Notes under the pieces: model-generated
Seen by the model: only the letters and a program-made list of their open reading frames with translations
The model's database searches: none
Told to the model about the DNA's origin: nothing
Made by a program: the position numbers and the translations under genes
Shown here: positions 36,872 to 47,438 of the stretch, one piece after another
How the letters are laid out: every line of letters starts with the position of its first letter
How positions within the stretch are numbered: the stretch's first letter is position 1
Origin: a virus
DNA length: 64,000 nucleotides
Strand: one strand, 5' to 3'
Virus record (IMG/VR): IMGVR_UViG_3300045988_124424
Location: 1 to 64,000 of that record

Positions 36872-37795
36872 ATGTTCGATTTTAAATCACTTCCTGAATT
36901 TTCAAAATTGTTCCCTGATGAGCAAGCGTGTATAGCCTTTCTTGAAAAAGAAAGGTGGGGAGATCACGTTGTTTCTCCTTTTGATCCGGAATCTAAGGTG
37001 TATAAATGCAAAGGAAATAGATACAAGTGTGAAAATACGGGTAAATATTTCAATGTTCGTACAGGAACGATTTTTGAAAATTCGAAAGTCTCATTACGAA
37101 AATGGATGTTGGCTTGTTATTTTGTTGTTGAAATGAAAAGAGGAGTATCATCTTTACAGTTGTCTAAAATCGTGGGAGTAACACAGAAAACGGCTTGGTT
37201 TATGCTTCAACGTATTCACAATTGTTTTAATATTGAAATAAAAGAGCCGTGTTTGAAAGGCGAGATTGAAGTGGATGAAACTTATATTGGTGGCAAAAAC
37301 AAGAATAGACATAGTAAGGATAAAATTAAAGATGCACAGGGGAGATCTTTAAAAGATAAAACCCCTGTGTTTGGGACACTCCAACGAGAAGGATTTGTTG
37401 TCGCTTATGTCGTTACAGACACAAAAGGTAAAACCTTACTTCCTTTGATATACAATACCGTTCATCCTAATTCTACCATATATTCTGACGAATGGTATGC
37501 GTATAACGGGATCAACAAAGAAAAGTTTGATCATCAAAAAGTATATCACAAAAAGGGAACGTATGTAATAGGCAGAAGATCAACAAACACAATCGAAGGA
37601 TATTGGAGCCATTTGAAGAAAATGATTTCTGGAACCCATTTCTGGGTGTCGAGAAAACATCTTCAAAGATATGTAGATTGCGAATCTTTCAGATATAACA
37701 CGAAACATCTATCGGAATCTGAAAGATTCGATGTATTTTTGCAGAATACCAAACGACGATTAAGGTATTCACAACTAAAGAAAATTACGGCATGA
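36872..37795 (+). CDS. IS1595-family (ISXO2-like) transposase with an N-terminal zinc-ribbon (307 aa).
   Basis: N-terminal Cys/His ribbon (CIAFLEKERWGDHVVSP...CKGNRYKCENTGKYFNV) followed by a DDE-type core (EVDETYIGGK...YSDEWYAYNG...GYWSHLKK). Confidence 0.75.
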   Translation: MFDFKSLPEFSKLFPDEQACIAFLEKERWGDHVVSPFDPESKVYKCKGNRYKCENTGKYFNVRTGTIFENSKVSLRKWMLACYFVVEMKRGVSSLQLSKIVGVTQKTAWFMLQRIHNCFNIEIKEPCLKGEIEVDETYIGGKNKNRHSKDKIKDAQGRSLKDKTPVFGTLQREGFVVAYVVTDTKGKTLLPLIYNTVHPNSTIYSDEWYAYNGINKEKFDHQKVYHKKGTYVIGRRSTNTIEGYWSHLKKMISGTHFWVSRKHLQRYVDCESFRYNTKHLSESERFDVFLQNTKRRLRYSQLKKITA

Positions 37796-37980
37796 AAAAA
37801 AATAAGAAATTCACAATATCAACCACTACTACGATCAGAAGTAGTAAAAGTGGAAAATTAGAGAAGGATATGAAGAGAATAGCTAAAGGTGTATTTAGCT
37901 ATAATCCCAAAACAGATCCTAACGACCCTCTTTTTGATAAAACCACCTCTAAAAAAGGTGGTAACGAAAAAGTATTTTAA
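37792..37980 (+). CDS. Hypothetical basic small protein (62 aa).
   Basis: ORF with ATGA overlap to the transposase. Confidence 0.35.
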   Translation: MKKNKKFTISTTTTIRSSKSGKLEKDMKRIAKGVFSYNPKTDPNDPLFDKTTSKKGGNEKVF

Positions 37981-37986
37981 CCATAT

Positions 37987-38032
37987 AAAACAGAAGCCGG
38001 ATATACGTTAATCATTATCCGGCTTCTGTTTT
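37987..38032. terminator. Perfect 17-bp-stem hairpin AAAACAGAAGCCGGATA / TATCCGGCTTCTGTTTT, a candidate bidirectional terminator.
   Basis: Read directly. Lies between the convergent arms. Confidence 0.6.
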
Positions 38033-38108
38033 ATATAGATGGTGTAAAGTTGTATATAATCACCGAAACTTATTTCATGTTCTGCTTATACAAGAAAAGA
38101 TGGTAACT

Positions 38109-38155
38109 ACAACAATCCCCAACCATACAATAGGCGTACGGTTGGGGATTGTTGT
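38109..38155. terminator. 16-bp-stem hairpin ACAACAATCCCCAACC / GGTTGGGGATTGTTGT at the end of the minus arm.
   Basis: Read directly. Abuts the stop of 38155-38892 on the minus strand. Confidence 0.55.
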
Positions 38156-38892
38156 CATATCGTAAAATTAAGTGTTTTTTTTAATATCAGATATTCAGTA
38201 TGAACTTTACTTCCGCCATCATCTATCAAGTCCAAATTAATATAAGCTGTATATGATACATGATAATCACCAGGATCAAGACGTTTCATATATGATAAGA
38301 ACATAGAATTTAAACCTTGGCCAGACCATGATTCTGGATATGGCAAAGGTTTAAAGTCGACGTCTGTACATCTTACAACCCAAGTAAGATTAGGATCTGC
38401 CCTAACTATTCTATCATGAGGTCCATCAATTACAAGATCTGGCATCTTATATTGGTAACTATCATAATTAAGGACAATAGGATCACCAAAGTTTACACCG
38501 TATATAGCAGCAGGTGGAGTAAAGCTTGTTATTAAAAAGGTTCTATTAATCCTATTGGTTGTTCTTAGCGTAAACTCATCAGGTGCTATCACACTTACTC
38601 TAAATCCATAATAAGGAGAGGTTGTTAAAGCAATAGCAAGAACCACCGAATCCTGTTCAAGCAATTCCTCTGTCGTATCAACCTGACTATCGATCTCTTG
38701 CCTATCTTCCATTGGAACACCGCCTTGGACACTTATGGAATCCAGCCGTTCTTTTTTAGACAGAAAGATAAATTGCCCGCCCTGTGGAATGGTGCCTACT
38801 TTCTTTCCTTCTACGATTACCCCTCCCCCTATACAATTGCTAACTATCTTATACTCATATAGTTTAGCATTATTTTCAAATCTTCTTCTCAT
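38155..38892 (-). CDS. Hypothetical protein, possibly a tail fiber or adhesin component (245 aa).
   Basis: ORF. Terminal gene of the structural arm. Confidence 0.5.
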   Translation of the reverse strand: MRRRFENNAKLYEYKIVSNCIGGGVIVEGKKVGTIPQGGQFIFLSKKERLDSISVQGGVPMEDRQEIDSQVDTTEELLEQDSVVLAIALTTSPYYGFRVSVIAPDEFTLRTTNRINRTFLITSFTPPAAIYGVNFGDPIVLNYDSYQYKMPDLVIDGPHDRIVRADPNLTWVVRCTDVDFKPLPYPESWSGQGLNSMFLSYMKRLDPGDYHVSYTAYINLDLIDDGGSKVHTEYLILKKTLNFTI

Positions 38893-38896
38893 AATT

Positions 38897-39601
38897 TCAT
38901 AAAATTAATTCGGTAAAGGGGCGGACATAACGTGGATTACTCCTTGTACTTGTATCCAAATGATCTCCTTGGATGTTTATATCATAATACCACGAATAGG
39001 TAAATTGTGTAGATTGAGTGGATGTCCACATTTTATTACTCATTATCGTACCTCCTACCATTAAAAGACATTCGTTTATTTCATTCGCATACAATGATAT
39101 CAAAAAAAACTCTCCGGCGCCACCTACATATCCATTTTGACCATTTTTAAATAAATAGCTATTAGCTTTATTAAAAGCGTAATTTTCATTACTGGTATCA
39201 TATTCAAGATACGCATTCTGATTTTCACGCCCCCAATAATCCTTTTTAACGGTCTCCATATAAGAACTATTTTGTGCAAATACATTGTCTACTCTTCCAT
39301 CCTTACCCCAACTAAATGTGCCAATATATTCGGTGGCTATAACAAAACACACTTTATCTACAAGAGCTATTCCATTGCATAGATCATTGGAATATCCTTT
39401 ATTAGACCAATTTTCTTTTGTATATAATCCTCCATCTACATGTTGGATGTATATGCCTTTATTGATTATAAGCGAGGGATTTACCCCCATCCCTATTTGA
39501 AATCTTCGTCTCATGATTTTTGTTTGCAAGATAGCAATAATTGACAACATAAAAGAAACCGGTTCCCTATCATCTCTGACTGAGAACCGGTAAGAAAACA
39601 A
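38897..39601 (-). CDS. Hypothetical protein, possibly a tail fiber or adhesin component (234 aa).
   Basis: ORF. Rich in aromatic residues plus Gly/Asn. Confidence 0.5.
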   Translation of the reverse strand: MFSYRFSVRDDREPVSFMLSIIAILQTKIMRRRFQIGMGVNPSLIINKGIYIQHVDGGLYTKENWSNKGYSNDLCNGIALVDKVCFVIATEYIGTFSWGKDGRVDNVFAQNSSYMETVKKDYWGRENQNAYLEYDTSNENYAFNKANSYLFKNGQNGYVGGAGEFFLISLYANEINECLLMVGGTIMSNKMWTSTQSTQFTYSWYYDINIQGDHLDTSTRSNPRYVRPFTELIL

Positions 39602-39727
39602 TTTCAGAAAAAATTTAACCTACATAATCTTTCAAGTAAGAACAAAAAACGTACAATCTACTCTTTGACGATGCTAATATAACATATTGGAATCATACAA
39701 AAACAATGCAAGTCCGATATTCTTCGT

Positions 39728-42700
39728 CTACTTGTAGCTCACATCATCGTCTCCTTCTGAATCAGGAGTGGCACCGATGAAAAACATCATTGACTTGTTG
39801 TTCGTCTGCTGCCACCAGTTATAGGCACGTGCTACGTCTTCCGGCGTCTTGATATTATACCATTGTTTGATAAACGTCTGTTTGGCGAGTTGCCTAAATA
39901 ACTTAGACTCTCCCTTGTATGTACCGGATGTTACTTTATCAAGTGAATAATTCCTAAGATCGGTAAGATCCTTCAGTTTTCGCCCCATAACAAACGGATC
40001 GTTAATGATATCTACCACGTTAAGCTCCATAATAAACGGCATCTGTGAAGCTATTTCGTTTATGGTTCTGAATCCGACATAGGATCCAAATTGAGTAAGC
40101 CAACTTTCTTCGTTTTCATCATCATCACGCCATCCGGCAAGAAGCATAGATACGGCCTGCATGATAAGGAACGTGCCGGCATAGACACTGAGACGTTTGA
40201 GATTGGTTTTTTCTACCTCATTCATATTGTCTTTATTTTCGTTCCAGGCATCTATGATGTTTTTCATACCAGACTCGGAAGCCAGGCTAAATGTTTTGGC
40301 TATCATATTCTTTAACGTAATTGACAACCCTTCCTCTTCTTGCATTGTCTGGAAATTGAAGCCACGTCTTTTCCACAGACGTTGAGCCGCCAGCACCAAC
40401 CATCCTCGGTGGGCGGTCATGAACCTGGCTATCCAGTTGCGCGATGCGGCAGTTCGGTTTTCTTCATTCAAAGATCCGTTACATATCTGTGACAAGCTAC
40501 GAACCTGATTTCTGGTTATAGCCATCTGGGTTTCAACTTCCTCAACAGTAACACCCGATCCGGGCTTTACAACCACCTTCCCATCCACGACATCTACCAT
40601 ACTCCATAAAGTACGATCTTTTAATGCGTTCCATTCTCTTTTTATGGTACTCTGTTCTTTATTACGTTCTTTTTCCATCTTGAAATCTTGGAACGTATAG
40701 AACCGGCCTTTGTAATAACGAACATTGTCCATAGTAGCAATCATAACCTGCGGATCAAGAGGGTAGTTCAGGATTTCCATAAAAGCATACATAGGCGAAC
40801 GCATTAAGGTCCTGGCCGCTCTATTGTATCCGGCACCATACATACGATTTCGGATATTGAATATCCCCATTCTCTCACCTATGACATATAATTTGCTTTT
40901 TCTATCTATGTCTCCGGTTTCTGCTATACAAGATGGAGCAAGGCGTGAAAATTCAGCCGATGCGTATTTAAGGGAGTCTTTGCTTATATACTGTCCTACG
41001 GCAGATTCCATGATGAGGTTGATATGACCTGTTAAGGCGCCGGTAGCTGCCACAAACGGAGACAGCGCCAGGTTCATAACCGACATAAATCTTTCAACGG
41101 CCATCATTATCCTGGTAAGGTCTACTGTGTACCCACCGATGTTCACCGTAAGTTTTTTGGTGTTCATCCTAATGCCATAATAATGATCGTTGAAGAAGTC
41201 CCTGAACATCTGATATGCTTGGGTTGCTTCAGCCTTCTTACCGTCCTCAAATTGTTTATTCAGTAACATCTGCTCCAGTCCTTGGGCAAGCTCTATAGAT
41301 TTCTGCTTTTCGTTGTATAATGATGATTGCATCATAAGCATCGAATAAGAGTAACTAAAATCATGAGATACGTCATCTTGGTTCTCTAATTCATATATGT
41401 AGTATTTAGGTATGAACCGAACCCTATCTTCCGGATCATATACCTCACCCTGGCGTGTTTTACCATACAGGGAGTCATCTACGCGGTCAAGACATAAGTC
41501 GGATACGAAGTTCCTGACCGTACTTTTAAGGCTGATACCTAACCCTTCTATACGTTCTATATCTTGTTTGGATATCTGTGGAATAGCATACAGGTTCGGG
41601 CTCTGCTCTTTGTATAGATCAAGGGATTGTCTTTTTATTTCCTTGAGTTTTTGAATCATATTCCACTGCTCTACGTTTTTAGTAGCAACCTCATTACCAT
41701 CAGCATCATATTTGATACCAAAGTCATTGAGATACGATTCATCACGATACAGGCTTTTCTTAGGCATGCGATGACCATACCCATGATCTTTTACATAATC
41801 AGGATTACGACCGCTATTTTCGGCTTCAGATTCAGCCACCCATGCCCTTGCAGGGTCGAAAGACAGGTACGATATGTCCATGCCATAATCTTGTGTGGAT
41901 GTCCCATTCTGTACGTCCTTAACCATCTGCGCTACATCTATCTCACCTCGACCGATTTTGTCGATCATAGCCGCATATCCAGTAGGCGCCATGCGTTTAT
42001 AGTACGAAAAGACCTGGCTCCTGGCAAATTCATTAACGATATCGTTCACTTCAGCTACTCCGTTATCGTGTCCAAATATGTCAGACATCTTAGCTCTAAC
42101 CGCATTCCTAAAATCTCTACGATCTAGCTTTTTATCTATTCCCAATTTTTCTGACAAGTAGTTGGTTTCAGAGACGGTAAACATATATCTGTTATCTTGA
42201 GCCATGAATAACTTATCTCTAAGAGCCTGAATCCTTTTGGCTTTTTTGGCAGTAGTATGACGCTGTGCAAACTGCCATTCAATTTCCTTAGAGTCAGCAA
42301 GAGCATTTAAATAAGACTGATTTACTTCGTTTTCAGCCTTACTGCTTTTAGTAAGGTATTTATCAATATCTTCAAGACCCACCATCTTAGCATAATCTAT
42401 CAAAATAGCGTAATCGGCTTCAATAGCTTCAGATGCGGCCCTAAAAGCATCTCTTTCAGATGAGGTAAATGTTGCTTCATTGATTTCTCCGATATCAGCC
42501 ACGTCACGGTTGTTGCCGATTATTTCCTTGATAATAGCCTTATTTTTTTCTATATCTTTTACAATCGAATCCACGTCAGTTGCATCTCTATCACTTGTCG
42601 TAGAACTAATGATATCATGCGCCATTTTAAGATATGAAGCCTTGTTATTTGATTCGGTACGCGCCGACTGTTCTGATTCTACATCATTCCAAAACCGATC

Positions 42701-45700
42701 GTTGAATGACAGGTGACCCCCCAACATAAGCGTCTTCAGCGCAGCTTCCCCTCCAGACTCACGCTGAATCGTTCTCAATCTTTCCAAAAATGATTCTGAT
42801 ACGGCATTAGTGACATTATTTGATTCTTTTCTCCAAACTTCATTTATGGCTTGTATTTCTTTAGCCATCTTAAGTTGGTCGCCGGTTTTTTCAACACGTC
42901 TGGTACCAACATATATGTATTCCGAAGCTGCTTCCTTACGTTGTTTACGAAGCAGTCCTTCTTCTTCGTAGTTACTACTCTTATAGTAAGCAACCTCATC
43001 AAAATTACCACCGCTATCAATAAAAGGCTGCCTCAGTATTCGTTTTTGCCGGGAAAGAGCATTAAGATATTCTTTAGTTGTTTGAGAAACTGGATGCCCC
43101 AATTCTTCTTCAGCCTTTTTGTATATGGATTCCATTCTTGTGGCATAACTTTCACTAAATTCCAATTCTGAATTTTCAGCATCCCACTTTTCCATCTGTT
43201 CTGTATAGATCTTTTCCTGCTCGATGGTGAAAATATCAGTATTAACCCTATCGGACGATGGTTTAAATTTAGCGTTTTCAGTAACCGTATTTCCGTCCTT
43301 GTCAACTACTTCTCTTTTAAATACGTAATTACGATTATTATCAACCACATCATTGATTTCTTCTTCTGATATTTCTATGTTCATGACAGTCGCGAACGCA
43401 CGCATCTGTGCCAGTTTCTTATTACGATCGTATTTAGCCATATCAAGAGCACTACGAAGGTAATTAGAAGTTTTGCCGTCTACTTTCTGAAGCAGTTTTT
43501 CAAATTCAGATTTGTTAAAACCATGCTTTTTAGCATATGCCAGGAAGTCGGATATGGCGGGCTGGGCATTCACCATCGCATTGTAATTGTCTTTGGCAAT
43601 CATAGCTCCAAGAGCGTTATTGAACGGACTGGAAGAATGCTCTAATATACCGAACCACCTACTTATCCAAGAAACATCGTGTTGAACCTTGTCAAAAAAT
43701 TCTTTTACTCTCTTTACCTTATCTGCCGGCACATGAAGTTCGTTCATTAACTTATCAAGCAACGTGCTTTCATCAAGGTCTTGTACTGATTTAATATCAG
43801 ACTGAATACCATTGATGTCGGCAATGACGGTATTGATCCTATTTGTATAATCCTGCTTTTCACGTTCATCAAATTCGGTACTTCTGTTACGGATATATCC
43901 TCGAAGATCGTTCATGATCGGAAGAACCTGATTGTTGATAATATCTACGTTCTTTCGATCATTGGTATTGAAGTGAAGTTTACCGTCTTTGGTATCACCA
44001 TGAAGGATGGTGTTCACCACATTACTTAAGTATCTGACCTGAGCTTCGGCTGTGGAGATCATGCTGTTCATGGCAGCCGCCATCTCATTCTTGTCTATTT
44101 CGGTCTCTACCTTATTTATCTTATCTTCTATGGTCTTAAGCTGAGCAAGAGTCATAGACGTAGTTACAGCCCTATCAGAGCTTATCTGACGTAAGTCTCT
44201 TAACGTTTTTCTCAATGCCCGGATCTTAGACTCAAGAAACTTGTTCTTGTTCATAGAAGAAAGGGAGTATAATGTAAAGTCATTATCCTTTAACAGAGAG
44301 GTGTCAAATCCTTTATCTATGTCAGTAATGGCAAGATCACGAATGTTTTTAATAACGTTATTCAAATCTTGTCTTTGGGTTGATAAAGCTGATTTAAGCC
44401 AGCTTACGATTCCAGAGAGAAGCTGCCGGACGCGCCCCAGGAAGGAGGTGGGCTCTACCGGCGCCTGTGCTGTGCCGGTCTGCATCTCCCTGGCGAGGAT
44501 CTTTCCAAGAATTTCTCTCCTAACAGCATTATCAAGCTCAGCTCCTTCATATACCTTACCGTATGTATTATAATACTGACCTGCATACTGGTTCCACTCT
44601 TCCGTACCTTCTACATCTTGCAGAACAGCCTCAACAGCATTCTGATCTCTGTACGCCTCTACGAGAAAGTGTGCTGTTTCTTCTACTAAATCAGATAAAG
44701 TAGCATCTTCACCAACTGCTATTACGTTATTGGCAATATCCGCCAATGCCTTAGCAGAAGGTTCATGCCCGTATTTGGTTTGGTACTTCTCTATATAGTC
44801 GGTCATACCTATGACACTAACGCCAAGAGTTTTCAGTATCTCGACAATAGAATTTCGTTGATCACGTTCCTGCCTGCTATAATCTGATACGATCTTAGCT
44901 TTAGTATCAGCATAAAGATCGTTGTCTTCTAATATGAACGAAACTACAAGCGCATCAAAATGATCGTACTTAGCATCCAATTCATTGTATCTTCCAGACT
45001 TGAGATCGTTCTTTATCTGTTCCCTACTAACCCTTTCCGTCCCTCTGGTAGCGAGTCTCATAGTTACCTTACTATTATCCAACGAGCTTATGGTTATCAT
45101 ACCCTGGTCGTTCATGGAAACATCGGAACCAAAATGATTACGGAGCTCGGTGTAGGATAAGGCTGAATTGAAAAGTCTAATTTGTCCTGTATGCCCTTCT
45201 CCTGTAAGATAATAGCTTCTTGTTTCCGGATCGAATATCTTAGATCCGGACAAAAGACCTTTCTTTATAAGGTAGTTAATTATACCGCCTTTTGTTGATA
45301 AAGAAGTAGAAGCGGAAGCGGTCATGACCGGTATAAAAGACTTGGGATTATTAAGAACATACTTTCCAGCCTTGTAAGTAATGTCTGCCACGCCATCCCA
45401 GGCAGATTCTTGAACGGTGCCGGATAAGAATCCTATTCTAATATCATTCCCGCCAGAGCGAAGAGCTTCTCCGTAATCTTCAAATAATTGATTACGATCG
45501 TTCATGAAAAACAAACGAGGCTCTCCGGTCTGATACGTTACACCCACAGGATTAGAATCTGTCTGTGGTAACTCTTCTGGGCTAAATATCTTAAGACCGT
45601 CTTTTATAACCATATAATTAACACCCTTATCCTGTACCATAGATACGGGAGTGAAGTCCGAAGATATAGCATCTTGTAAATACTGCCCGGCGTCTATTCC

Positions 45701-46141
45701 CGGTCCTTCCGGTACGGAAATACTTGACGGGACCATAGCATCTACCAACATAATATTATCACCCAGATCTTGGCTGTAAAATCCAAAGCCCGATTCTCGG
45801 ATTTCATAAGGTGCATCTGATTTTGATACAAGAACAGGATTACTCATCTTAGAAGCCTTATCCAGCACCCTTTCTCTATAAGCTTCCGGAATAAGATCGA
45901 TGTTGGATTTCACCTTATTGTAGGCCTGTTTATTAACAGGCACTTTCTTTCTCCAGTCGCCAAAAGCCTTTAAGAACTTATTAGAAAATACGGTTTTAAA
46001 AACAGTAGTAGCCCGTTCCCTGTTCTCCATAAGAGGAATAGATGCTATTTTATCAAATAACATAGACCTGTCCCCTGATCTGGTAGAGACAGAAACAACT
46101 TTCTTTTTATTATCTCTTTTAATAATACACGTTGATACCAT
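39728..46141 (-). CDS. Giant virion-associated protein (2137 aa), function unresolved.
   Basis: Uninterrupted 6.4-kb ORF. I recognised no catalytic motifs. Confidence 0.7.
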   Translation of the reverse strand: MVSTCIIKRDNKKKVVSVSTRSGDRSMLFDKIASIPLMENRERATTVFKTVFSNKFLKAFGDWRKKVPVNKQAYNKVKSNIDLIPEAYRERVLDKASKMSNPVLVSKSDAPYEIRESGFGFYSQDLGDNIMLVDAMVPSSISVPEGPGIDAGQYLQDAISSDFTPVSMVQDKGVNYMVIKDGLKIFSPEELPQTDSNPVGVTYQTGEPRLFFMNDRNQLFEDYGEALRSGGNDIRIGFLSGTVQESAWDGVADITYKAGKYVLNNPKSFIPVMTASASTSLSTKGGIINYLIKKGLLSGSKIFDPETRSYYLTGEGHTGQIRLFNSALSYTELRNHFGSDVSMNDQGMITISSLDNSKVTMRLATRGTERVSREQIKNDLKSGRYNELDAKYDHFDALVVSFILEDNDLYADTKAKIVSDYSRQERDQRNSIVEILKTLGVSVIGMTDYIEKYQTKYGHEPSAKALADIANNVIAVGEDATLSDLVEETAHFLVEAYRDQNAVEAVLQDVEGTEEWNQYAGQYYNTYGKVYEGAELDNAVRREILGKILAREMQTGTAQAPVEPTSFLGRVRQLLSGIVSWLKSALSTQRQDLNNVIKNIRDLAITDIDKGFDTSLLKDNDFTLYSLSSMNKNKFLESKIRALRKTLRDLRQISSDRAVTTSMTLAQLKTIEDKINKVETEIDKNEMAAAMNSMISTAEAQVRYLSNVVNTILHGDTKDGKLHFNTNDRKNVDIINNQVLPIMNDLRGYIRNRSTEFDEREKQDYTNRINTVIADINGIQSDIKSVQDLDESTLLDKLMNELHVPADKVKRVKEFFDKVQHDVSWISRWFGILEHSSSPFNNALGAMIAKDNYNAMVNAQPAISDFLAYAKKHGFNKSEFEKLLQKVDGKTSNYLRSALDMAKYDRNKKLAQMRAFATVMNIEISEEEINDVVDNNRNYVFKREVVDKDGNTVTENAKFKPSSDRVNTDIFTIEQEKIYTEQMEKWDAENSELEFSESYATRMESIYKKAEEELGHPVSQTTKEYLNALSRQKRILRQPFIDSGGNFDEVAYYKSSNYEEEGLLRKQRKEAASEYIYVGTRRVEKTGDQLKMAKEIQAINEVWRKESNNVTNAVSESFLERLRTIQRESGGEAALKTLMLGGHLSFNDRFWNDVESEQSARTESNNKASYLKMAHDIISSTTSDRDATDVDSIVKDIEKNKAIIKEIIGNNRDVADIGEINEATFTSSERDAFRAASEAIEADYAILIDYAKMVGLEDIDKYLTKSSKAENEVNQSYLNALADSKEIEWQFAQRHTTAKKAKRIQALRDKLFMAQDNRYMFTVSETNYLSEKLGIDKKLDRRDFRNAVRAKMSDIFGHDNGVAEVNDIVNEFARSQVFSYYKRMAPTGYAAMIDKIGRGEIDVAQMVKDVQNGTSTQDYGMDISYLSFDPARAWVAESEAENSGRNPDYVKDHGYGHRMPKKSLYRDESYLNDFGIKYDADGNEVATKNVEQWNMIQKLKEIKRQSLDLYKEQSPNLYAIPQISKQDIERIEGLGISLKSTVRNFVSDLCLDRVDDSLYGKTRQGEVYDPEDRVRFIPKYYIYELENQDDVSHDFSYSYSMLMMQSSLYNEKQKSIELAQGLEQMLLNKQFEDGKKAEATQAYQMFRDFFNDHYYGIRMNTKKLTVNIGGYTVDLTRIMMAVERFMSVMNLALSPFVAATGALTGHINLIMESAVGQYISKDSLKYASAEFSRLAPSCIAETGDIDRKSKLYVIGERMGIFNIRNRMYGAGYNRAARTLMRSPMYAFMEILNYPLDPQVMIATMDNVRYYKGRFYTFQDFKMEKERNKEQSTIKREWNALKDRTLWSMVDVVDGKVVVKPGSGVTVEEVETQMAITRNQVRSLSQICNGSLNEENRTAASRNWIARFMTAHRGWLVLAAQRLWKRRGFNFQTMQEEEGLSITLKNMIAKTFSLASESGMKNIIDAWNENKDNMNEVEKTNLKRLSVYAGTFLIMQAVSMLLAGWRDDDENEESWLTQFGSYVGFRTINEIASQMPFIMELNVVDIINDPFVMGRKLKDLTDLRNYSLDKVTSGTYKGESKLFRQLAKQTFIKQWYNIKTPEDVARAYNWWQQTNNKSMMFFIGATPDSEGDDDVSYK

Positions 46142-46189
46142 GATAAAACATTTTTGTTATGAGACAAAGGTAGTTAAAAATCAAGCATA

Positions 46190-46229
46190 TGATAAAACAA
46201 AGCCATCTAACTTCTCAGTCTGATGGCTT
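46190..46229 (-). terminator. Hairpin AAGCCATC/GATGGCTT followed by a T-run on the minus strand.
   Basis: Lies between 46282-46674(-) and the start of the giant gene. Confidence 0.4.
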
Positions 46230-46281
46230 AAAAATAATATGAAAAAAAATTATAATCTGACGAAAAATCGTCAAGTTCAGC

Positions 46282-46674
46282 TTATATGTAATGCATGTAC
46301 CCATCTCGGTGTATAAACCTTCCCGATTCAAAGCGCTCAATATCTTCAGGGCAAATAGAGCCCGAATCCTCTCTCCTGGCTTCAAACCAAAGCCCCGGCT
46401 TACGAATTAGGCAAGTTATGATATAATTGAAGCAATTGTGCGTAAAATGGAAAACAGATCCTACAGGGAAATACCTATCAGCTTGAAATACGATTCTTTT
46501 TCGTTTAGTATCAAACGTGATATCTCCTACTATCTTAGCCACGTAATAGCTTCTGCCATTTAACGTTTCATCTGTTTGTGGTATCCAATAATAACCTCTT
46601 GCCATGCCACAAATATATAAAAAAAATCGGACAAGATATATGTCCGACTTTATATTACTTTGATTCGTTTTCAA
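46282..46674 (-). CDS. Hypothetical protein (130 aa).
   Basis: ORF. Confidence 0.5.
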   Translation of the reverse strand: MKTNQSNIKSDIYLVRFFLYICGMARGYYWIPQTDETLNGRSYYVAKIVGDITFDTKRKRIVFQADRYFPVGSVFHFTHNCFNYIITCLIRKPGLWFEARREDSGSICPEDIERFESGRFIHRDGYMHYI

Positions 46675-46814
46675 ACCGCTTTATAAGAGAAGCAATATCA
46701 TCACCACAAACAAACATCATTCGACGTTCTTCTTTTGGTTTATGAGACACTGGGATGGTTTTGTTTATCTTAATCTGATTCGCCAGACCTCTGCCTAAAC
46801 GAATATCAACTTTT

Positions 46815-47156
46815 TTACCTTTCATGAATTATTTGTTTAAAAAGACCAATTCCATCTATTATAATATGACCGCTTTGCATACGACCATTATTAGGATTGT
46901 GTAGAAAATTGAAACCACTTTCTTTTTCCTGTCTTTCAAAAGAACTGATATCCTTTCCTCTACGGGCTCTTTCAAAAGCTTTCTTGAACAACTTGCCTCT
47001 AAAGGTCTTGACGAGGATCTTGGTAGCGTTATTGCCGGCTTTTACCATTGCTTTCCTTGCCTGGTCCTCCGAGACAAAACTGCTTCGGAAAATATACGAT
47101 GCTGCTGTTTGTATGTCCTGCTTGGTATTATTTAAGGTTTTATATAATGGCAACAC
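46815..47156 (-). CDS. Hypothetical basic protein (113 aa).
   Basis: ORF. Its first about 7 codons and upstream region are duplicated, truncated, inside R-A at 17.87 kb. Confidence 0.55.
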   Translation of the reverse strand: MLPLYKTLNNTKQDIQTAASYIFRSSFVSEDQARKAMVKAGNNATKILVKTFRGKLFKKAFERARRGKDISSFERQEKESGFNFLHNPNNGRMQSGHIIIDGIGLFKQIIHER

Positions 47157-47335
47157 TGTTTCGTCAAATACACTACTCCTGTTTAATCACCATCCTTAGG
47201 GCTACGGACTTGGGCAAACATCCGTAGGTAACTATCTATTCTCAAATAACGTAGCCTTCGTTTCAAGGCTTAGGCTAATATCCGGACCATTTATGGTACA
47301 TTAAAACCTTATAATGAAATTATATTGTTTTAATG
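47133..47335 (-). repeat. Intergenic structured repeat R-C, an inverted copy that is direct relative to minus-strand transcription.
   Basis: The reverse complement matches the R-A blocks (GCCTTGAAACGAAGGC...GATGGTGATTAAACAGGAGTAGTGTATTTGACGAAACAGTGTTGCCATTATATAAAACC). The upstream hairpin is replaced by the compensatory ACCAT-AA-ATGGT. Confidence 0.8.
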
Positions 47336-47438
47336 TTATTTCGGATATCAATATATTTACGTCAAACATACAGATATACTTTTTACCCCAATCGATTCTT
47401 TTTATCTTACGACCTAATTTAAGCCGTTCTAAAGCCTG

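Larger units (their letters stand above)
35235..38064. mobile_element. Candidate 2.83-kb IS1595-family element (or IS-derived cargo segment) bounded by perfect 23-bp terminal inverted repeats.
   Basis: GGTGATTATATACAACTTTACAC at 35235-35257 and its exact reverse complement at 38042-38064. The interior carries the IS1595-like transposase, a frameshifted lipoprotein-like gene and three small ORFs. No clean target-site duplication was found. Confidence 0.55.

Noticed and set aside
38040-38080. Target-site duplication flanking the 23-bp inverted repeats
   Set aside because: Only an imperfect CTTATTT(G/C) lies near both ends, at asymmetric offsets (9 nt versus 5 nt from the repeats). This is not convincing.
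17678-47335. Diversity-generating retroelement (template repeat / variable repeat pair)
   Set aside because: There is no reverse transcriptase in the window. The differences between copies are not adenine-specific.
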